Assembly (NCBI RefSeq): GCF_964355755.1
Contig: NC_092671.1
Coordinates: 39,008,304-39,072,303, forward strand
DNA: 64,000 nt
Direction: 5' to 3'
Origin: Antedon mediterranea
Lineage: Eukaryota; Animalia; Echinodermata
Shown: one piece after another, positions 25,528 to 56,600 of the stretch
How the letters are laid out: every line of letters starts with the position of its first letter
How positions within the stretch are numbered: the stretch's first letter is position 1
Made by a program: the position numbers and the translations under genes
The notes under the pieces: model-generated
The model's database searches: none
What the model saw: only the letters and a program-made list of their open reading frames with translations
What the model was told of the DNA's origin: nothing

Positions 25528-26770
25528 ATGAGGAACTTTGCACTTTATTTCACTGTTTTGCTAGCTATTTGCCTAATAGCAGGCATATTTGCTGCTGAAG
25601 AAAATCCCAATAACGATAAAGAAAGTAAGCCAGCCAAAAAGAAAAAGGATATTCGCGATTTTAATGATGCAGACATTGAAAGACTTTTCGATGAATGGGA
25701 GGTAGGTAGCCTCGGTCTCTCATCATTGAGTTACGATCAGGGCAGAGAGCCACTATTTTAGTGACACGTATCCTTAGGAAATCAATTAAGCTAGGCCTAG
25801 CTCATATTTATTATATTATAATATTATATAGCTAGCTAGGCCCTAGTTATAAATGCAGACCTAACAATTATGCAACATAAATATACTTAGCCTGAACAAT
25901 ATAAATAATATTAATTAGCCAATATAATATTGTAAATGAAATTTAAAAAAAATGTATTCATTTTTTATCAATTTTTAATGTTTATCAATTTTAGGAAGGA
26001 GAAGAAGATACAGATGAGGATGATCTCCCAGAACACTTGAGGGAACCGCCCAAGGTGGATTTTTCCAAACTTGATACATCCAATCCAGAAAACATGGTTA
26101 AAATGACAAAGAAGGGCAAGACACTCATGGTGTTTGTTACGGTCTCTGGTAAACCAGAAAAACAAGAAGCCGAGGAAATCACACAACTCTGGCAAAACCA
26201 ACTTTTCCAGGCTAACTTTCAGTTGCAAAGGCAAGTACATAAATTACAGTACATCATCATCAATAATTTTCTTAGGTCCTATCTCTTTTTTGTTTGTTTT
26301 ACATACAGCTTATTTACCATTAATTATTCTGTAATGTTTTACACAGGTATATGGTGTCTGATGAAAGAGCAATATTTATGGTAACGGATGGCAGTACAGC
26401 CTTTGACATCAAAAACTTTCTTATTGAGCAAGAAAGATGTTACTCCGTATCAATCGATCAACAAGAATATTTTGGAAGAGGTTCAGATAAATATGAAGGA
26501 AAGACAAATAAGAAAGCAGAGAAGAAAAAAGATAAGAAGAAGGACAAGAAAAAGAAAGATAAGAAAAAGAGTGATGGGAAAGATGGAAAGAAAAAAGATG
26601 AAGATAAAAGTGCAAAGAAGAAAAAAGACAAAAAAGAAAAGAAGTCTGAAGAAAATAAAATAAAGAAAACTAAAGATCGGAATGAGAACCTTATAAATCC
26701 AGATGATGAAGAGTTATCAACAAAAACAAATAAAGCCAAGAAAGCCAAGGCAAAGAAAGTAGAATTATAA
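25528..26770 (+). CDS. MESD: LRP chaperone MESD (MESDC2/Boca), 3 exons, about 277 aa
   Basis: Exons 25528-25701, 25995-26230, 26347-26770. Signal peptide, KKKKDIRDFNDADIERLFDEWE, KMTKKGKTLMVFVTVSG, EEITQLWQ, RAIFM; C-terminal KVEL resembles an ER-retention signal. Confidence 0.95.
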
Positions 26771-29633
26771 AACAAACTTTTAGAAATTCTTTTAGACAAA
26801 AAACAAAAAACACCGACCGGAAGAAAACAAATTGTTTTTCATGTGGAATGTTTGCCAAAAAACCTCCTCATTTAACTAATACAAATGTTCTCATACAATC
26901 TCTAATTATCTAATACAGGTAATAAAATAACTAAAGATTTACTTATTCACTTTTCAATGTACATGTGTTTTATTATGCACCAACCAATTATCTGCAATAT
27001 TACATGAAAAATAATTAATACAACAAAATATACATATTGAAATTGTGTAAACTAATAGTTGTTAGCCGGTAAAGTTAGTGTTGGGAATTTAAATGAAAAT
27101 ATGCTAATTATTGTAAAAATGATTTTAATTTGTTTAGTTTTATAGTGGCATATATATATTATATTTTTTTTATCAAACTTATTTTGTTTTAATTTTTTAT
27201 ATACTGTATATTAACACTATTATTATATTTTATATATTTACATTATACGTATGTTTGAATCTCAGTTAGGCCGACTTTTTCTCATTCTCACAGATTTCCT
27301 CATCTTTATCGTTGCAAATTAATTAAATTTCAGTATATTACCAGGCGCTTTGCCTGTTTATATATATAAAAAATAAAAAAAAATGTTTTTAAATTTAGTA
27401 ACAGTACTAACAGAAAGGGAATATTAATTGTAGTATGCTAACTAGTGTGTGCACTACTCACCTAGAATTTCAGTCGATGTGTACAAAGTTTGTATATTTG
27501 TATTTAACATATTTTGTTATAAAAGTGCCTTGGGTAACAAAGTCATGTATTTGTATCGTAGTTTGTTGGTGAACAAGATAAATGACTAAAAACACAAACA
27601 ATTGCTTTTTTTTTGTACATTTGCTTTTCACCCAATTAGATTACACAATAGAATCACTCACTCAGTGCGTGGTGGTGATAGTCTTATGCCCATTTTTAGG
27701 TGCGAAACCGCAGTAGCACCAAATTAACAGTTGTTGAGTTGTAACATGAAAGATTATTTATAACGCGATTACACAAAAAAGGGAATTTAAGTTCTTCATA
27801 CAAGTGGTAAAAAATACACAGAAACAACTGGATTACCTGAAAAAGGAATTTAATGGAGTTCATAATTCACAACTGAACTGTACAAATTTAATCAGAGTTT
27901 TCAATAAAGAATATATGTAGACTACCACCAAACACAATAGTTGCTGACATTTACCGCCAACGTGTGGTAGCATCCAGCTAACAGACATCTCAATTTCCCA
28001 ATTTAGGCTTTTTATTGATTTTTTGGAGAAAATTGAATGTATTGATATTGTGGTGGAATGTTTGCAGATGCATATAAAAGATATCGCCAAGAAATGATGC
28101 TCAATTCTCTGTAAAGAATTCTGAGAAGAGTTTTAAATACAAATATACAAGAACCAAATTGATTATTTCAAGTAAAACGTGTTACTACTACAATATTTTT
28201 TGGCAGTGGGCGACAGATCAACATTATATGTTCCTGTAACAATTGATTTTATCAAATAATCATCGTTTTTTTAAAATACACAAAATTCTTACAATAAATA
28301 ATTAAAAAAGAAAAAAACAATATAAAACTTCATAATTTTTATGAATATATTATTAATAGCCCTTATTGTAACATTTTTCCAACTTTCCATACAAAAAATA
28401 TATAAATATCAATATTGATGCCAACTGCATGTCGTCATGAACCTTCAACAGTTACTCAACTGCAAACTAACGTTATTCCATCTTTATATGACAAATATTA
28501 GCTGCTTGACAATTAGAGTCTAAGTAAGAGCCCTGAAAATGTTCATTACACACCTCAAGTACTTGTTTGAAATAGTCTCATGGGGGAAAAACCAGAATAA
28601 AGGGGTTTTGTGGAAATGTAGCCTGGAACGAATGTAAATCTCTGTCTACACTATCAAACTTTATGTGACAGAAAAATGTGATGTGCACATATATGGATGC
28701 GATGACATCATATTACTACCATATTTGGGCACATCGCACTTTTTTTCGTCAAACTAGTGTAGACAGAGATTTAGGTGAACAAGATCAGTAATAAACTTGA
28801 TTACCTATTAGCACATTTTTAAACATTATCAATCGAAATGTATAATCAAAATATCTCTCCCTTGTTTGTCTGTATATTATTTTGAAAAATCTTATTATGC
28901 TTTACATCATTATTGCTTTACTAGCCTTTTAAATAAGGCTTAATGTTTCCCTCTCCTGTGTGGGTTACTTTGAACGTGTATTTCAATAAAATATGAAAAT
29001 TCATCATTCACCAATCCTCCTGATAATGTAATCACACTTTATCAAATAGGGTTCCATTGCAAAATAAGTTAAAAGGCTTTTAAAAAAAGAGAGCATATCT
29101 GTGTGCAAAATTCCTTTTGCTTTTTTCCTAAATTTAGAACACAAATTAACAAAAAAATTAAAAAAGATATGTAACTATAAATTATTGTAACACTCAATAA
29201 TGCTATATTGTGATTGCTCATCATTAAAATAAAATAAATGGAGTATTGATGAAAAATAGAGATAATTTAGAATGAGAAGACTGCAAAAGAATAATACTTA
29301 GTCTCATCTACATAACACTACATTGTCTCGTTAAATACAAATTACTTTATCACACTTAAAGAAACATGGTCTGTCATTAAAAACATCATCAGGATAACAC
29401 CTGTGTGCTGGTCCCAGAATGTCCCGCCGTTTACACACCCGCCCGGCGATCACTCAGGTGTATACATATACTATGCAACGACGGAATATCCCGAATCAAA
29501 TGCAGTAAACAATCGCCCAAACGAACATCGTCTCTACAACCAATGTACATACACTATTTACAAATTTATCTCAAAATTTGGGACAAAACACAAATTGATT
29601 TGTAGAAAGTAGGAGCAAAGTTCACATTTAATT

Positions 29634-47522
<17,889 letters not shown>

Positions 47523-48760
47523 AGTGTCATCTACGAAACAGGTGGCTGATTCTGGAGCCGAGAATCAATCTTCGTAGCTACTGTATAAAAAAAAAACATA
47601 TATTTTATAAATAAATAAATAAATAAATTCTGCTCAAGAAACAAACAGTTGGAATTGGATTAATTTTAATCCAAGCATTTGAATAACCATATGATCATAA
47701 AATTGTATTATTTAAAAAAAAATTCTAGTTGATTGTAGTAATGGTACTTTGATTACAATAAATGTTTTTTTTTAGTGTTGCAATACATATTCATTGTATA
47801 GGTTTGATTAATACCAAAAAACAGTACAAATGTTCTGTAATAAGTACAGTAGATATTTCAGAGTTCAAGTTTGTAAATCCTAATATGCAATGCAATGCAT
47901 ATAAAACCAATTACCTACAATACAATATAGTATGCACATCGACATTTAAAATACCAATAAATTAGATACCAGTGTAATGCTATTTCTATCTTCTTTAATT
48001 GACTGACATGATTTATTCCTTTAAACAGACAATTTAACATGTTGCTGTGTTATTGTTATTACTCCATTTTCTTTGTCTGAATTTTTATGTTCAATGGTTT
48101 AATTTCAATTTGTATTTACTATACTGATGAAATGCAAGGAATTACAGTATCTTTTAGGCCAATAAAAAAAACAATTCTACTTCATATTTATAAACACGAT
48201 TTAAACATGGACATAAAACTAATATTAAATCTTGGTCTTAAATAATGATGGTTAAATGTTGGAAAAATTGCTTGCTTCTCCTATTTAAATTCATAAACTG
48301 AAAATTGCATTAGACTTTCTAAAGCCGCTAGCTTTTGAACCATTTTGGATCACAAAAGGCGAACTGCTGATTCAATTGGCAGCTTGCCAAAACTACTTAC
48401 AGTACATGAAACATAATTCATAGACAGTGAAGCAAAACACATCAACAATAATATCTGTACTGTAGTAACTAAAGTGATGTATATTTTTGTTTTAAATCAT
48501 GTTGTGGTAATATAACGCTATACCCCAGTATATGGACTAATATAACGTTAAACTTCAATTGAAAAATGATTTAAGAGAACACTATGTTATTAGTTATGCA
48601 TTCTTCACCTACTGTAAGCGCCATGTACAGTAATGACAACTTCCTACCCTCTCCTAATTATTAAGTTCCTGAAAAAATTCAATGTTTTCCTGACTTTTTA
48701 CCGCATTTAAACCAATTTGCAATGTCAGTCAATATTCTCAAGTTATAGGGGATGGAAAGG

Positions 48761-48935
48761 CAGGGAAAAATTTCATTTTAAAATTTTGTTTAGCAATATT
48801 GCTAATCAAACTGATTTTTGAGTCGAGAAACATAGTTTTGAATTGTATTTTTTGCTACACAATTTTAGAAATGTGTAGCAATAAGGTTGTTTTGTATAGC
48901 TTTTTGCTATGCTACACTGGCAAAATTATTCCCTG
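48761..48935. mobile_element. Small hAT-like MITE with 5-bp TSD
   Basis: AAAGG|CAGGGAAAAATTT ... AAATTATTCCCTG|AAAGG. Confidence 0.7.
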
Positions 48936-49005
48936 AAAGGGCATCAATAATAAATTAGAATGTTTCCCTTTTTGAGAAAAAAGTTTTGATACAAAATGCA
49001 TAATT

Positions 49006-52000
49006 GGGTCATTCCATGCCAAATCAACAAATCAGTTGGCAGGTAATCTCTTAGATTTTGCTGATTTTTTTTCCTAAGGTATCTCTATCTATATAATGAA
49101 CACATGCAAAAAATTAGCCCTCAATTCCAAGCGGTTTCGGAAATATGGCCGTTTTAAATTTGGTCGTCTCGCCCCATTTTTTGTTCCAAAATCGCGGAGT
49201 TTAATATTTTGTGTTTTTGGAGGTTTATATTTCCACAACGGACAAATATATTAAGCTGAAAATTACTACCCATGGATAATTCCCACTCAATAAACAGAAT
49301 CTCGTGAAAAAAAAATTTGATCTCTACTACTTTGGAAGATACAGCAGTCCGAAAACCCATTTTCGTTAAGCAAAATTAGCTTTTTTCGATTTTCGGCAGC
49401 CCTGTATACCCACAATAGCATTCATAGAGTGTTCAAACTTTTTAATTCTGTTATATAAGTACATACATTTACTCTAAAAGCATAATATAATATTTTAAAG
49501 CTGAAATAACAAAATAACTAGTACCCAAAGTATGGTCCGGGGGAAAAAACCATGAAAATAGCCAATTTTCTCGTTGACCTTTGACCCCGTAGATGAATCT
49601 TGACATACTTCAAAATTGCGTTAATTATTAAATACATATCAGATCTATATCCGATTCAAATTTGAAATTTGCAACTCCACTGCTTTATGGTTATCTAAAT
49701 TTTATAAACAGTGCTACTTTTTCATTTTTATATACTTTTTTTATACTATAGCCGTTTTTCGTACTTTTTGAGTTCTCTAAATTGATAATTAGAACTATTA
49801 ACATTTTAAAATTAATCAATTTTAGCTAACTTTTTGTGCTGATTCCAAAAATGTAAACAGATTTACCATATCTTGTTTTATTCCTATTGATACTGTAGCC
49901 TAAAAATGATCGAAAATGACATTTATAGGATTTCTTTGTACATATTGGAAACACAACTTACATGTAAACTGGATGGTATTACTTTGTATTTCAACCATGC
50001 ACATGCCAATTTTGATATATGTATGTATAATAATAGTGTTCAGCTATTTAAAATTTGGTAACAGTGCTATAATACGTTTGTGGTCCGCTTCCCATAATTA
50101 TTACTGCCGACCTTGTATCTCTGGAGTATTAATACCACAGATAATATCCTGAAACGGCGGCACATAACATTGGTTAGCTGGATTATCTGGTGGCCAGTTA
50201 AGATTGCCTGTGCGTATTGATTTTTTCATGAACTTAACATGTACATCACTGTTTTCATCTGAACGTTCATCTATAGTTCCAATGTACCACTCCTTTCATA
50301 CATACAAGCAATATATTTACCAGTCATCATTCGGAATTGAAATGTTTTCTTCTTCACTACCTAACTAAACACACAGTGCTGTAAAAAAAAAGTCATCTTC
50401 AGACAATCTGCGCATTTCAAGCTTTCCTGCAGATATACCGGAATAAAGCTATGATGGGAGAGCGAGTACCCATAATAGTTTTTGATGATAAATAGCGTTC
50501 CTCTAGTTTGTAAGCTTCTGTATTTTTCTGTACATCCTTATCACTTACAAAGAAGAATTTGATGCCAGCAATATTTTTAGAGACCCAGTCAAAGAAGAGC
50601 CGTGAGGATTTGGTTTCCTTCTGTTGCCTGTAAACTTGCTCGTGCAACAAGCCTCTTCACTGTACCGCAGATACCATCACATGGGCTTTTTCCATGACTA
50701 GTGGCAAAAAAATGCCACTGGGCATTAAAATGCATGATCAGATTGGTGATGACATAGGTTTGTGAGGTTTTTGTAATTTTTATACTGGCTTGCTGCACCA
50801 TCACTATAGTAAATTAATTTAGTTGTATGTGGTAAGATTTCTTTTAAATAAGATGCCAACACATTTAATAAATGCATGAACTGTTGATGTTGCATGTTTA
50901 AGGCAGTCTGAAATAACACAGACACTAATGCACTTGAGATCTTCATTCTCCTTATAGTATATAGCAAATGGGTGGAGTGTCGCCTGGCTATTGTCCCAAT
51001 AGAATAGTTTTCTGCAAAGTCTAACAGTACGATGACTTCATCTCCTGCATGCTGCTAACTGCTCTAAGGTTTCGCAAGTAGGAGGCAGCCTGGGCTTTTG
51101 TTACAAAATAGTGTTGACAAAGTTTATCTAAAGCATCGCATAGTGTCTGAAGGAGTTCTTGAATTGACAGTTGTAAGTTGTGTTCTGTCTGTGTGCATCC
51201 ATTGCTTGTAATTAACAGAATCCTCCATGTCAACTTCGTAGTCTGAGCACACTTGCGACATCGACAAATAGCTCATGAGGGCTGCTTTACCAGACAGTTG
51301 GTACAAGACCGCATCATGCAGTCCCGATTACTTATGTCGCATACCATTCTTGCGAGCATGTCTTTGTATTCTTGTTTATTAGGAAGAGCTGCAATAAGAA
51401 GCTTCACATTTTGATGTTTTTGGCAGACATGGGTATGTCCATGGTTGAAGGATATCACCCAGTGACATGTAGTTAGTGGTTTCAATAAACAAAGAAATCC
51501 TATAAATTTCATTTTCGATCATTTTTAGGCTCCAGTATCAATAGGAATAAAACAAGAAATGATAAATCTATTTAAATTTTTGGAATCAGCACAAAAAGTT
51601 AGCTAAGACTGATTAATTTCAAAATGTTAATAGTTCTAATTATCAGTTTAGAGAACTCTAAAAGTACGAAAAATGGCTATAGTATAAAAAAAGTATATAA
51701 AAATGAAAAAGTAGCACTATTTATAAAATTTAGATAACCATGAAGCAGTGGAGTTGCAAATTTCAAATTTGAATCAGATATAGATCTGGTATGTATTTAA
51801 TAATTAACGCAATTTTGAAGTTTGTTAAGATCCATCTACGGGGTCAAAGGTCAACGAGAAAATGGGCTATTTTCATGGTTTTTTCCCCCGGACCATACTT
51901 TGGGTACTAGTTATTTTGTTATTTCAGCTTTAAAATACTATATTATTGTTTTAAAGTAAATGTATATGTACTTATATAACAGAATTAAAAAGTTTGAACA

Positions 52001-52434
52001 CTCTATGAATGCTATTGTGGGTATACAGGGCTGCCGAAAATCGAAAAAAGCTAATTTTGCTTAACGAAAATAGGTTTTCGGACTGCTGTATCTTCCAAAG
52101 TAGTAGAGATAACTTTTTTTTGACACCAGATTCTGTTTATTGAGTGGGAATTATCCATAGGTAGAAATTTTCAGCTTAATATATTTGTCCGTTGCGGAAA
52201 TATAAGCCTCCAAAAACACAAAATATTAAACTCCGCAATTTTTGAACGAAAAATGGGGCGAGACGCCCACATTTAAAACGGCCATATTTCCGAAACCACT
52301 TGGAATTGAGGGCTAATTTTTTTGCATATGTTCATTATATAGATAGAGGTACCTTAGGAAAAAAAATCAGTAAAATCTAAGAGGTGACCTGCCCAAATTT
52401 TGTTCAGATTTGTTGATTTGGCATGGAATGACCC
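49006..52434 (-). mobile_element. Decayed Sola2-like DNA transposon with about 930-bp TIRs
   Basis: AATT|GGGTCATTCCATGCCAAATCAACAAATC ... GATTTGTTGATTTGGCATGGAATGACCC|AATT; the inverted arms span about 49006-49939 and 51489-52434. Confidence 0.85.
50100..51440 (-). pseudogene. Frameshifted DDD transposase remnant (Sola2-like)
   Basis: Fragmented minus-strand ORFs carry IYYSDGAASQYKN and WHFFATSHGKSPCDGICGTVKR plus Cys-rich pieces (VCDISNRDCMMRSCTNC); multiple frameshifts. Confidence 0.8.
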
Positions 52435-53635
52435 AATTAATAAAAAAAAAATCAGCCTATATTAATTATTATCTACACAAATTAATGAAAATACAAACTA
52501 AACAGGCGAACTTGTCTAAATGCAGCAATTACAATGATTAGGCCTATTTTTATAAAATATATCCTACTAGGCCTACTACCTAATAGTAAAATTATTGAGA
52601 ATTAACATACTGTATTTTTTACTTTACTAGCCTACTCAACAAGGTCAATCAATTTTTTTTTCTTGATTGAAAATATTTTTCTTCCTTCATTAAAGAAAAA
52701 GAGTATAGATATTTCAAAACAAGAATCAAATATCAATGATGGAAATAACAGAGTAACCTAGGCTAGGTCTAGTTTAACCTAGAAATATGGGCGAAATATG
52801 CAGAGTTTGGGACGTAAGCTAGCCTACACACGTTTTCAAAGTGCATAAATTATGGCGATCGTATCTGTTGTTGCACAGTCTGCAAACAACAATACATTTT
52901 CGGCTTCTTCCATTATTTTCGGACATTTATTTATGATCATTTTATATGGAAGCAAACACACTCTATTCTAAAATCATTTGGGAACGCAAGATTTCTGCAA
53001 TTTATTAAATTGACAACTCTATTTCCTAAACAAACTAAATTGTTCAATATCAATCTTCGTCCACTAAAACAACCGAAGACATGCCCTGCTGCTGTTGCCT
53101 GTTGTGTGTGTACAATAAACGGGGCTGTTGTTTTTCAAACACCACATCGTGATTTCAAAACCGTTTTTAGAGCTAACTAGAATTACAATTGCTACTAAAA
53201 CCCACCCATTTTGTCCCTAGTACATACCGTTTTAGTACGTGTAAAAACCAGTTCTGTTTAGCATAAAAAACGACAATTAAGTAAACTTTGCTGCTTCGTG
53301 CAAAGAACAACAAGACCGAGCTGAGGTATATTTTCAAACATGGCCGACTAACCCATTCAGTTACATGAACCACTTCGTCAATAGGGTATTAAAAAACGTA
53401 AGTTAAGATTTTTGTGTACCAACATTCTAAAAACGTAGGCAAATATATTTAAATAATATCTAAAAAATACCTTCGGCTTATTTTACAAGACGTAATATTT
53501 TATTTCATAATTTATATGTATGATATTTATAGAATATATATACTAATAGAAAATAGTTCCCCCGACGAAAAATGGTATCAACCTATAAACAAAATCGACC
53601 AAAAACCAGGAAGCCCGCTAAACACCAATTTTAAC

Positions 53636-56600
53636 ACTAGATTTGAACTCGTCACTACGGACGAGTTAGGTTATCCGCAGCGCAAAAGCCACGTGCACGT
53701 CATACGTTAGAATAGTGCGCGCAAAAAAATAAAACGATTATGGCATTGAAAAATGTTAGTGCGCTCTCTATGTTGCGTCGCGTCTAAGTATATACGGTAT
53801 AACACTATATACTGTATACGTACTACATACAGTGCAGAATAGGTGAAAATAAGAGACCAAAGTTATTGACGCATTTGAACATGATGACGTCATCACAATT
53901 TTTAAAATGGTGGATCATGCGAAAGGTAATTGATTGATCTAGACAATATAAAAAAATTGAGTGAAATGGAATAAGGATAAGTAGAGATGCGCTCTATTAA
54001 ATTGACGAGCTATGACGAAAGAGAAAAAAATCCTATATTTTATATTCGGGTGGCCATACGATGACGTCACAATGTCTGGTTAGCCATATCAATGCATGAT
54101 TCGAGAAAAACAACTCATCTACTTCCAGAATCTGAAATTTTAAATATTTTCACCTCGGAGTTTAGAATCTATGACTTTTTAAAAAAAGGCATAATTTTCA
54201 CAAATTTTTGAACTTTTTCATCAAAAACGCGCGCAAATTGTTCAATTCTACGTGCTCGTATGACGTGATTTTAAGTCGAAATTGATTGAAAATTGGTAAA
54301 TGTACTAGAAAAGGCTGAAAAAACAAAAATCAAGCAAAAAAAAGACGTTTTTGCACTACGTGCGCACGCGCGCGTAAAAAATATGCGCACGCCTGGGAAT
54401 TTTTGAAATGCTCAAAATGACCTGAAACGCGTAGAAAGTTGATTAGAAATGAATTTTTCGCAATTTGAAATTTTAAACGCGCGTGCGCGCGTAACTTTAT
54501 GTCAAACATGCCATTTTTAATCCATAGAAAGTTTGCCCTTGATATGACTTAAATGTTCACCAAGTGTCATTACAAAATGACTTTTGCTTTTTAGTCTATG
54601 TTAAATACGCGAAATTCATAAAATCGCGCGTAGCTTACGCTGCGCGACTCTAAAGTAAAAAAACGAGCTGTCCTGCACTTCTACACATAGAGGTTAATCT
54701 TCTGACAAAGTTATACGATGTAATGTTGATCAGAATTTGAGATACACGTGACACAAAATTTTGGGAAAGAAAGAAGAATAACATAGAAAAACTAGATTTG
54801 AACTCGTCACTTTGACGAGTTCGGGTTATCCGCGCATACGCAACATGCACGTACTTTAAACTATATGAACCTCGACAATTATTATGCAATCCTTTGACAT
54901 GAAATAAAAATGTTTACAGTGCTGAATTGTACCTATTATGTAGCATACACCATATTACAGTATTTTACAGAATAAACTGTATATATGTTATATACAGTGT
55001 AGCATAGACGGAATTACGAGACCCATCTTTTAAATCCAATTATTAACACGATGACATCATCAAATTGACATATAAAGATAACCACTTTAGAAGATAATTA
55101 TCTAAATAATTACATTAAAACAAATTTGAAGAATTTTGGGAACGTAAAAGTGAGATGCGCTCTCGTTTAAACGCAATGAACTTTGACGCAAGAGATGAAA
55201 ATATGACTTTTTAAATTCAACTGGCCATATGATGACGTCACAACATCTGATTGGCAAAATATTCACATGAATCTGTATCTACAATCCAATAGCTTCCAGA
55301 AAACGTTTTAATCATGATGATCACTTTTTATTCTGACGAGCTATAACAGATTGAAATTTACTGTAAAGATGAAAATAGGTGACCCACGTTATTTACATTT
55401 TTAGACATGATGACGTCATAAAAATTAAAATATTTTTAACTCATGCGAAAGATAGTTGTTGACCTAGACAGTATTAAAATATCTTAGGAAATGGAATACG
55501 TATAAGCGATATGCGCTCTATTTAATGTAATGAGCAATAGCGAAACAGTCAAAAATCCAATATTTTACATTCGTGTGGCCATACGATGACGTCATAACAT
55601 CCGAGGGGTAAAGATTCTGCATGAATTCATATCTACAACATATCTGCTTACATATTAAATTAAAAAAATTGGGGGTAACGGTTGATCCTGAGGAGCTATA
55701 ATAGATTCAAAGTAGGCATAATTTTGACAATATTTTGTCACTTTTGCAACTAAAAGGCACGCAAATTGTCTAAATCAACGTGTTCGTATGACGTCATTTT
55801 AATTTGAAATGATGTAAATCTTTTTTTAAATGACTAAGAAAGGCTGTAAAATCATAATTCAAGAAAAAAACACATGATTTTCATGCTCCGTGCGCACCTT
55901 ACGCGTAATTTTTTTCGCGCGCGTGGGAATTTTTGACATGCTAAAAATGTCATGATCAGCGCAGAAAGTTGATTAGAAATTAATTTTGCGCATTTTTAAA
56001 TTTTAAATGCGCGTGCGCGCGTAACTTCTTGTGAAACATGTCATTTTTAATCAATCGAAAGTTTGCCCTTGATATGACTTAAATTTTCACCGAGTGTCAA
56101 TACAAAACGACTTTTGGTTTATAATCTATGACGAAACATTGAAATTCATAAAATCGCGCGTAACTTACGCTGCGCAACTCTAACGTCATATAACGAAGTT
56201 TCTTGCACATCTACAGCTGCAGGTCAATCTTTTGACAAAGTTATACAATCTTATGTTGACAAGGATGAGAGATATGCGACGCACAAAAATCCGGGAAAGA
56301 AAGAAGAACTAGACATGAAACTCGTCACTTTGACGAGTTAGTTATCCGCTCGACAAACGCCACGTGCACGTCATACGTTAGAATATTGCACACAGAAAAA
56401 TATTAAGGCATTATGACCTGAACTGAAGAATATGATATGTTGTTATTTCTGAATTCTGTTATTTTGTGTCATATAGTATACACAGTACAATCTGTATACA
56501 TATCACAAACAGTGTAAAATAGGTGAAATTACGGGACCCGTATTTTATTGTAATTTTTAACATCTTGACGGTTTCAAAATGAAATGTAAAAGTAGAAATT

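Noticed and set aside
26421-26799. Hydrophobic Phe/Leu/Ser-rich minus-strand ORFs
   Set aside because: Antisense shadow of the Lys-rich MESD tail.
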